Below, in pieces: positions 8,546 to 14,977 of a DNA stretch of 32,000 bases. A model generated the notes under the pieces. The model was not told where the DNA came from and searched no databases. It was given only the letters and a program-made list of their open reading frames with translations. The DNA lies in NCBI RefSeq assembly GCF_000009705.1, contig NC_003272.1, positions 1,410,001 through 1,442,000 on the forward strand, in the 5' to 3' direction. A program made the position numbers and the translations under genes. The DNA is from Nostoc sp. PCC 7120 = FACHB-418. Lineage in GTDB: Bacteria; Cyanobacteriota; Cyanobacteriia; Cyanobacteriales; Nostocaceae. Every line of letters starts with the position of its first letter. The first letter of the stretch is position 1.

Positions 8546-8665
8546 TCATGAGTCAAAAGCTAGATTTTTAATATTAAATTATCCGACCAAAGAATAATTT
8601 AAAATATATGTAAATATTGAACAATTAAATTATCAGGTGTTAGACACCTATGTGATTAAGTGAGG
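8546..8665 (+). promoter_or_regulatory. Conserved upstream cassette of precursor gene 2
   Basis: TCATGAGTCAAAAG (8546-8559), AGAATAATTTAAA (8591-8603) and ATATTGAA (8614-8621). Hairpin AGGTGT-N3-ACACCT (8635-8649). AAGTGAGG SD (8658-8665). Block 1 to block 2 is 45 nt and block 2 to block 3 is 23 nt, exactly as in cassette 1. Confidence 0.55.
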
Positions 8666-8673
8666 TAAAAAAT

Positions 8674-8961
8674 ATGTCTAATCAAACCGTTGCATCTAAT
8701 TTGTTGGCAGATTTATCCACAGAACAACAGCAGTTTCTGGTGGGTGGTCAGCAAACAACTCAACCACGACAAGGTCAAGGTGGTTGTCCGGGTGGTATGG
8801 GTATGGGTTCTGGTGGTATGGGTATGGGTTCTGGTGGTACTGATCAAGATAGCTGGGATCAAAATGGCTATGATCAGGAAGGGGGTGGCTCTGGAGGTAG
8901 CTTCGGTAGTCGCCGTCGCCGCTTGCGAGTAAGACTTTCCGGCTACGTCTATCTCAGATAA
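8674..8961 (+). CDS. Double-glycine-leader precursor peptide 2 (25-aa leader + 70-aa Gly-rich core)
   Basis: MSNQTVASNLLADLSTEQQQFLVGG | QQTTQPRQGQGGCPGGMGMGSGGMGMGSGGTDQDSWDQNGYDQEGGGSGGSFGSRRRRLRVRLSGYVYLR. SD 8 nt upstream. This frame was chosen over overlapping ORFs because it carries the conserved leader. Confidence 0.8.
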   Translation: MSNQTVASNLLADLSTEQQQFLVGGQQTTQPRQGQGGCPGGMGMGSGGMGMGSGGTDQDSWDQNGYDQEGGGSGGSFGSRRRRLRVRLSGYVYLR

Positions 8962-9125
8962 ATCGGTAAATTTTAAAAGTAGGCTCTGATGAGCCATTAA
9001 ACTTGCACTATTGTTCATACAAGGTAAATGTTCTCAAACCTTGTAGTCAGCATTTAGACACTCTGTTTCTTTGTTGTCCTGACTAGTGCAATCAGAACAC
9101 TAACTATATTGGATTTTTGCTCAAC

Positions 9126-9156
9126 AGCCAGTTTCTTCGAGGAACTGGCTTTTTTG
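9126..9156 (+). terminator. Rho-independent terminator, probably ending the precursor gene 2 transcript
   Basis: Stem AGCCAGTT / AACTGGCT, 9-nt loop, followed by TTTTTT. Confidence 0.6.
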
Positions 9157-9484
9157 AATTTAAAATTACTTTTTGAGGATAAAATTTTCAGCCATAGTCT
9201 ATTAATAATGCAGTACAAATATATTATTTTTGCATCAAAATCTAAATTCAAAAATAAAATATTATTTGTATTTATACCTGCAATAATTACAAAAAGATAA
9301 GTAAAAATATCATACTTCTTAAGCATGATATTTAGTATTTTTATTTCCACCTCTAGGGGAGTTTAATTTGTCAAAATTCTTCCTATAAATAGAATCAAAG
9401 TATTACATATTTATGGTTCCCGTCCATATTTGTGTAAACCTTCTAGGCGTGTACAAATAATAGATAGAACAGAGGAAAAGAATC

Positions 9485-9691
9485 ATGTCAAATCAAGTTT
9501 GGCAATCCGATTTACTCGTGGAACTATCCACAGAAGACCAGCAAAATCTAGCTGGAGGTCGCTGGGGTCATTTCGGTGGTTTCGGTGGTTTCCGGGGTCG
9601 CTCTTGGTTTAGAACAGGCAGGTTCTGGGGAGGTCGCTCTTGGTTCAGACCAGGTGGTTTCCGGGGTCGCTGGGGTGGTTACTGGAGATAA
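9485..9691 (+). CDS. Double-glycine-leader precursor peptide 3 (25-aa leader + 43-aa Gly/Arg/Trp/Phe core)
   Basis: MSNQVWQSDLLVELSTEDQQNLAGG | RWGHFGGFGGFRGRSWFRTGRFWGGRSWFRPGGFRGRWGGYWR. GAGGAAAAG SD 9 nt upstream and own terminator. Confidence 0.8.
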   Translation: MSNQVWQSDLLVELSTEDQQNLAGGRWGHFGGFGGFRGRSWFRTGRFWGGRSWFRPGGFRGRWGGYWR

Positions 9692-9730
9692 TTGCCTGAA
9701 GCTCATCGATAGAAGCTTATTGGCTATGAT

Positions 9731-9770
9731 GACAAGTCTTGATTTATCGTAAATCAGACTTGTCTTTTTG
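9731..9770 (+). terminator. Rho-independent terminator of precursor gene 3
   Basis: About 15-bp stem GACAAGTCT(T)GATTTA / TAAATCAGACTTGTC with a short loop, followed by TTTTT. Confidence 0.75.
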
Positions 9771-9780
9771 CTATTTATAA

Positions 9781-9960
9781 CGCCGTGTGCAACTTTCTCT
9801 CAAACCTAACCCCCAACCCCTTCCCTGCAAGGGAAGGGGAGCAAGATTCAAAGCCTCTCTCCGCTTGCCTAACGGCAGGCTAACGCCAACGGGGAGAGGT
9901 ACTCTACGAGAAGCGCTCCGCGCTATGGAGAGAGGTTTCAAAAATAAGTTGCACATCGCG
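9781..9960 (+). mobile_element. MITE-like element, copy A (180 bp, with two nested insertions)
   Basis: Termini CGCCGTGTGCAACTT ... AAGTTGCACATCGCG form a 15-nt imperfect TIR. Copy A equals the reverse complement of 25635-25767, apart from extra segments GCCTAACGGCAGGCTAACGCCAA and ACTCTACGAGAAGCGCTCCGCGCTAT. Confidence 0.75.
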
Positions 9961-9979
9961 TTATTTATATTAAAAATAA

Positions 9980-10906
9980 TTACCCAATTGTCTGGGAATT
10001 ATGCTCAATTTCTTGGGATTCTAAAAGCCTAGTTTGTTCCCATATCCAATCTTGTAAAATTGGATTAACTAATTCAGGAGCTTCATCTTGAGGACAATGC
10101 CCTACACCTTCCAAGGGAATAAACTTGAGGACTTGAGGATAGTTGGCTAATTCTCGACCTAAATCTATCGGTTCCCAAGGATCATTTGTCCCCCACACAA
10201 TCAATGCTGGACAGGGTAGCAATGGTAAAAGGTCTTCTGGTAAGGGGCCAGAAGAATAGGAAGTAAAGGCAAGGAATACAGCCGCAGCACCAGGATCACT
10301 GGCTGGTACTGTCAAAATATCTACCAGTTCCTCTGTCACTGCTTCGCTATTAATGTAGGCTTGTAGCAGAATCTTTCTCACTGTTTTTGGTTGCGCGACT
10401 TGACGGAAAAAAAACTGACCAATTGCTTTAATAGATAGTACGCGTTGCAGCACAGGCGCGCCAAAACGACGTGACCAAGGTAGAGTTTCCCGTTTGCGAT
10501 CGTGCAGTAATCGTAGAGAACAGTTGAGTAAGGCAACACTTAAACTAATCTCTGGATTGCTGACTGCTGCTTGCATCACTACAATACAGCCAATAGAGTT
10601 ACCCACTAAAAAAGCTGGTTCACCGACAATCTCACGGCAAAAATCCGCTACTTGTTCTCCCCAAGTTTCTAGTGTATAGGCCATTTCCGTATCTGGTTGA
10701 GGTTTGGCTGAACCACCAAAACCAATTAAATCGATTGCATAAACACGGCAATTTTCCGCTAGTACGGGTATATTTTTTCGCCAGTGTCCCCAAGAAGCAC
10801 CAAAACCATGTACGAGTACAACAGATGGCCCAGTAGTTCCTTGTGTTTGATAGCAGATGGGGAAGCCTCGCCAAATCCAGGTTTTTGTAGAAGTAGAAGT
10901 ATTCAT
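9980..10906 (-). CDS. Alpha/beta-fold hydrolase
   Basis: 308-aa ORF. Motifs: HGFGASWGHWRKN (oxyanion region), nucleophile elbow GNSIG, C-terminal GVGHCPQDE (catalytic His). Confidence 0.8.
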   Translation of the reverse strand: MNTSTSTKTWIWRGFPICYQTQGTTGPSVVLVHGFGASWGHWRKNIPVLAENCRVYAIDLIGFGGSAKPQPDTEMAYTLETWGEQVADFCREIVGEPAFLVGNSIGCIVVMQAAVSNPEISLSVALLNCSLRLLHDRKRETLPWSRRFGAPVLQRVLSIKAIGQFFFRQVAQPKTVRKILLQAYINSEAVTEELVDILTVPASDPGAAAVFLAFTSYSSGPLPEDLLPLLPCPALIVWGTNDPWEPIDLGRELANYPQVLKFIPLEGVGHCPQDEAPELVNPILQDWIWEQTRLLESQEIEHNSQTIG

Positions 10907-11667
10907 GAGAATTTAAAAATAGCTGAAGATATTAAAGAAAAAGATTGTACCTCTAGAGTTAGAGTGTAGTTATTTTGCTGAACAAATCCTGGGGATACTC
11001 CCTCCTTATGGAAAAACTCATAACCCTGAAAGAAACTCAGCTACCTGTTAGTATTGTGTACAAAAGAACAAAAGCAGCAATTTCTACAGCACTGAGATTT
11101 TTGTCAAGTTAGAAATCAATAAACAAAAATTCCACAACAAGAGTGTGAAATTTTTTATTTCCCATTTCTTCTTTTTTATTGCCTATACCTTATTTTCAAC
11201 TCAGAGCATGGACGCAATCAAGGGATTAATAAAAATTATCACACAGATGCCAGTAGCAATAGTCTAATCTCTGAGGTTTAACATGGGCATTATTGATTTT
11301 CTTATTTATATGTAGGTACGGGCTTGACTAATAAAAATCAAGGTGGGTTGAGATATTATTAACTTAAGCTTATTAGTTTATAGATATTATGTAATAGTTT
11401 TCTTAGATGAACTTAGTTCTATCTTCATATTTTTATTTATGGCTCATGAATAACACAATTTGAATATTTTTACACAAGATTATGAAGTTAATACAAGATA
11501 ATGGAATAAGCATCCGCATAAATTCAGTAATTTTACAATTTACGGGCTTGAAGTTAGCCCATAAAATGTACTGGATACAAAGCATCTACTAATAGGTGAG
11601 CTAAACCTAAACGCTAAGGTTAAATTTCACCTAGATTTTTGTTCCTAGTGCAGGCTGGCTAAAGAAA

Positions 11668-12222
11668 ATGACCATACTAGAAACAAGTAACACTCCTGTT
11701 GGTGGTTACGCGCCAGATTTTGAATTACCAGGGATTGATAATCAAGTCCATCATCTCAGTCGTTATTTAGATAATTTTCGCGCAGTTGGCGTAGTTTCTT
11801 TGGGGAATTACTGCTCTTATGTAAATTTATATCTAGACCGGTTAAAAGGCATTCAAGGGGAATTTGGGACGGATGGCTTTATCTTAATTGGCATAAATGC
11901 TAGTGACATTACCGAGCCAAGTTGGTCAAGCTTAGAGAAAATGAAAGCCTTTGCCCAAAATCACGAGTTAAACTTTCCTTACCTGTGGGATTCGACCCAA
12001 GAAGTTAGCAGAAGCTTTGGCGCTACTAAAACACCGATCGCCTTCTTGATCGACAGTCATGGTATATTGCGATATAGAGGGCAGATTGACAATCATCCTC
12101 AAGAGCCATCATCTGTAGGTGAAGACTACCTGCGAAATGCGATCGCTGCTCTGTTTAAAGGCGAAGAAATCCTAGTACCTGAGACGGAACCAGTAGGCAC
12201 TTCATTGATCTGGCGTATATAG
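11668..12222 (+). CDS. Thioredoxin-fold (AhpC/TSA-redoxin-like) protein with a degenerate CxxC
   Basis: 184-aa ORF. N-terminal PVGGYAPDFELPGIDNQVHHLS, then NFPYLWDSTQEVSRSFGATKTPIAFLID, typical of this family. The active-site position reads GNYCSY rather than the CNHCPY I recall for relatives. Confidence 0.65.
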   Translation: MTILETSNTPVGGYAPDFELPGIDNQVHHLSRYLDNFRAVGVVSLGNYCSYVNLYLDRLKGIQGEFGTDGFILIGINASDITEPSWSSLEKMKAFAQNHELNFPYLWDSTQEVSRSFGATKTPIAFLIDSHGILRYRGQIDNHPQEPSSVGEDYLRNAIAALFKGEEILVPETEPVGTSLIWRI

Positions 12223-12292
12223 ACATAGATAGTCATTGTACTGCTATCTTAAATTGGAGGCACTTGCAACTTTTTTGATAAAGCGGAACTTC

Positions 12293-13021
12293 ATGGGAAC
12301 GAATTACCGACGGGTTTTACTCAAACTGAGCGGTGAAGCCTTAATGGGCAACATGGGCTATGGGATTGATCCAGAAGTGGTCAAGGAAATAGCTCAAGAA
12401 ATAGCGGAGGTGATAGCCACTGGCGTTCAAATTGCCATCGTCGTTGGCGGTGGGAATATTTTTCGTGGCGTGAAGGCAGCGTCGGCGGGGATGGACAGGG
12501 CAACCGCCGACTACATTGGGATGATTGCCACGGTAATGAATGCCATGACTCTGCAAGATTCACTGGAACGCATAGGAGTACAAACGCGGGTACAAACTGC
12601 GATCGCTATGCAGGAATTAGCCGAACCATATATTCGCCGTCGAGCCATCCGTCATCTAGAAAAGGGACGGGTGGTTATTTTTGGCGCTGGTTCCGGTAAT
12701 CCCTTTTTTACAACAGATACAACAGCAGCATTAAGAGCCGCAGAAATCGACGCAGAAGTAATTTTTAAAGCCACCAAGGTAGATGGGGTTTATGATGCAG
12801 ACCCCGAAATCTATCCTAACGCCAAACGTTATAACAGTCTCACCTACGCCCATGTTCTCGCTCAGGACTTGCGGGTGATGGACAGTACGGCGATCGCCCT
12901 TTGTAAAGAAAATAATATCCCTATTCTTGTATTTGACCTAACAACGCGGGGTAATATTCGCCGCGCCGTTTTAGGAGAATCTATCGGTACCCTTGTGGGA
13001 GGTTCTTGTGAAATTAGCTGA
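12293..13021 (+). CDS. pyrH: UMP kinase
   Basis: [17 protein letters not shown]..., [29 protein letters not shown]. The ATG at 12293 is preferred over the track's upstream start at 12236, whose 19 extra residues are not PyrH-like. Confidence 0.9.
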   Translation: MGTNYRRVLLKLSGEALMGNMGYGIDPEVVKEIAQEIAEVIATGVQIAIVVGGGNIFRGVKAASAGMDRATADYIGMIATVMNAMTLQDSLERIGVQTRVQTAIAMQELAEPYIRRRAIRHLEKGRVVIFGAGSGNPFFTTDTTAALRAAEIDAEVIFKATKVDGVYDADPEIYPNAKRYNSLTYAHVLAQDLRVMDSTAIALCKENNIPILVFDLTTRGNIRRAVLGESIGTLVGGSCEIS

Positions 13022-13556
13022 AGCTGAAAGTAAAATGCAACATACTGTTGAGGCGACTCAACGGGCATTTAATACAATTCGTACTGGCCGCGCCAATGCC
13101 AGCTTGTTAGATAAGGTGTTAGTAGACTACTACGGTTCACCTACACCCTTAAAATCTCTGGCAAATATTAGCACGCCAGACGCAACGACAATACTGATTC
13201 AGCCTTACGATAAGAGCAGTTTAAATATTGTCGAAAAAGCCATTTCTCTCTCCGATGTTGGTTTAACACCAAGTAACGATGGTGCTGTTATTCGCTTGAA
13301 TATACCACCATTGACAAGCGATCGCCGCAAAGAACTAGTCAAAATTGCAGCCAAGTACGCGGAAGAAGGGCGTGTTGCTATTCGTAACATCCGCCGTGAT
13401 GCCGTAGACTCAATTCGCAAGCTAGAGAAAAACGCCGAGGTTTCCGAAGATGAAGCCAAAGACCAACAAGACAAACTGCAAAAGCTAACCAATAAATACA
13501 CCGCCAGAATCGATGAATTGTTGGTAGAAAAAGAAAAAGACATCTCCACTGTTTAA
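13008..13556 (+). CDS. frr: Ribosome recycling factor
   Basis: (V)[47 protein letters not shown]... The GTG at 13008 gives the canonical N-terminus and overlaps the pyrH stop (13019-13021) by 14 nt. Confidence 0.9.
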   Translation: MKLAEAESKMQHTVEATQRAFNTIRTGRANASLLDKVLVDYYGSPTPLKSLANISTPDATTILIQPYDKSSLNIVEKAISLSDVGLTPSNDGAVIRLNIPPLTSDRRKELVKIAAKYAEEGRVAIRNIRRDAVDSIRKLEKNAEVSEDEAKDQQDKLQKLTNKYTARIDELLVEKEKDISTV

Positions 13557-13566
13557 ACAGTTTTCA

Positions 13567-13599
13567 GGCTGAGGAACATGAGATTCTTCAGCCTTTTTT
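13567..13599 (+). terminator. Rho-independent terminator after frr
   Basis: Stem GGCTGAGGAA / TTCTTCAGCC (one mismatch) followed by TTTTTT. Confidence 0.65.
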
Positions 13600-13632
13600 A
13601 TCTGTAAGTGTTGACTGTTGATCAGTCTCAGA

Positions 13633-13657
13633 AATTTTGAATTTTGAATTTTGAATT
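13633..13657. repeat. STRR heptamer array (AATTTTG)x3.5
   Basis: Read directly. It is the reverse complement of the array at 14799-14829. Confidence 0.85.
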
Positions 13658-13661
13658 ATTT

Positions 13662-14783
13662 ATGTACGACACCATCATTGTTGGTGCTGGGCCTGCGGGT
13701 GGCGCAGCAGCCTATCATTTAGCCAAGAAAGGGCGCTCAGTATTAGTTTTAGAAAAAGAATCCTTACCTAGATATAAACCATGTGGCGGGGGAGTGTCAC
13801 CAATAGTTGCCGAATGGTTTGACTTTGACTTTAGCCCAGCAATTTCTCTGAAAGTAGACTCGTTTCGCTTTACTTGGAACTTAGGCGATCCTGTAGAAGC
13901 GAAGATTGAGACTAAAGAGCCAGTGTGGATGGTACGTCGAGATGTTTTTGACCATTTCTTAGTCCAGCAAGCCCAGAAACAAGGGGCTGAACTGCGTGAT
14001 AATACAGAAGTTACAGGAATTGAGTTTAAAAGCGATCGCTGGCAAGTTGACACTGTCAACGGCCCTGTTACAAGTCGCTACTTAATTGCGGCTGACGGTG
14101 CTAAAGGGCCAATGGCAAAATGGTTAGGCTTTAAAGAGCGTAAACGCCGTTTAGCCGGTGCATTAGAAGCAGAAGTTCCCGCCAATGTCGAAGATAAATC
14201 TACAATTCACTTCGAGTTTGGTTTAGTGAAAAATGGTTATATTTGGAACTTCCCCAAAGAAGATGGTTATTCTATTGGAGTGGGAACCTTCATTGGTGGT
14301 CAACCCCAAGATTTTAAGAAAATTTTGGTTGAATACTCTCAATTATTTAATATAGATGTCAAAACCAGTAAGCAGTATGGTCATCCAATTGCTTTGTGGG
14401 ATGGTAATCAAAAATTACACACTCAAAATGCTATTTTGGCAGGGGAAGCAGCTTGTGTAGTTGACCCCATGACCGCCGAAGGGATTCGTCCCTCAATTTA
14501 TAGTGGTGTTATGGCCGCCGGAGCCGTTGACAAAGCGCTTTCTGGTGATATCAACGCTTTGGAACAATACACCGAAATCATCCATGAAAGTTGGGGTGCG
14601 GAAATGGCTTGGGCGCAAAAATTAGCCGGAGCATTCTATCGCTTTCCTAGCGTTGGTTATCAAGTTGGTGTTAAGCGTCCCACTGCACCCAAAATTATGG
14701 GTAAAATCCTCTGTGGTGAAATGTCTTACAGCAGCGTTGCTGGTCGCGCTCTCAAGCGTTTAATCCCTGGCTTTAGAGGTTAG
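13662..14783 (+). CDS. Geranylgeranyl-reductase-family FAD-dependent oxidoreductase
   Basis: MYDTIIVGAGPAGGAAAYHLAKKG (GxGxxG dinucleotide fold), LIAADGAKGP, GEAACVVDPMTAEGI. The ATG at 13662 is preferred because the track's start lies inside the heptamer array. Confidence 0.75.
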   Translation: MYDTIIVGAGPAGGAAAYHLAKKGRSVLVLEKESLPRYKPCGGGVSPIVAEWFDFDFSPAISLKVDSFRFTWNLGDPVEAKIETKEPVWMVRRDVFDHFLVQQAQKQGAELRDNTEVTGIEFKSDRWQVDTVNGPVTSRYLIAADGAKGPMAKWLGFKERKRRLAGALEAEVPANVEDKSTIHFEFGLVKNGYIWNFPKEDGYSIGVGTFIGGQPQDFKKILVEYSQLFNIDVKTSKQYGHPIALWDGNQKLHTQNAILAGEAACVVDPMTAEGIRPSIYSGVMAAGAVDKALSGDINALEQYTEIIHESWGAEMAWAQKLAGAFYRFPSVGYQVGVKRPTAPKIMGKILCGEMSYSSVAGRALKRLIPGFRG

Positions 14784-14798
14784 GGAACACCGATTAAC

Positions 14799-14829
14799 AA
14801 TTCAAAATTCAAAATTCAAAATTCAAAAT
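14799..14829. repeat. STRR heptamer array (AATTCAA)x4.5
   Basis: Read directly. It begins 16 nt after the stop codon of the reductase gene. Confidence 0.85.
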
Positions 14830-14923
14830 GAAGAGAAGTATCTGTAGGGTGGGCATTGCCCAACGCCACTTGCTCCAAGCCGGGAAACCCGTCCAACGCA
14901 GTGGCTCCCCTACATAGGAATCA

Positions 14924-14960
14924 CTACACCCCTACACCCTTACACCCTTACACCCTTACA
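14924..14960. repeat. STRR heptamer array (CCTTACA/CCCTACA)
   Basis: CTACACCCCTACACCCTTACACCCTTACACCCTTACA, read directly. Confidence 0.8.
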
Positions 14961-14977
14961 TTTTGGATATTTTTTTA

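Noticed and set aside
8690-9018. Alternative-frame (+) and antisense (-) ORFs overlapping cargo gene 2
   Set aside because: They are by-products of the GGT/ATG-rich repeats, giving VVWVWVLVV... and THTHTTRTHTHTT... Only the 8674 frame carries the leader conserved in all three cargo genes and a proper SD.
9771-10032. 61-aa (-) and 81-aa (+) ORFs
   Set aside because: Both lie inside MITE copy A, and the second copy at 25635 sits in non-coding sequence. The open frames result from the element's GC-rich hairpins.
12236-12292. Upstream start extending PyrH by 19 residues (the track ORF starts at 12236)
   Set aside because: The extension ([19 protein letters not shown]) is unlike PyrH N-termini. 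The ATG at 12293 gives the canonical [17 protein letters not shown]. The same logic was applied to the nadB extension at 23849-23908 and the uppP extension at 21832-21876.
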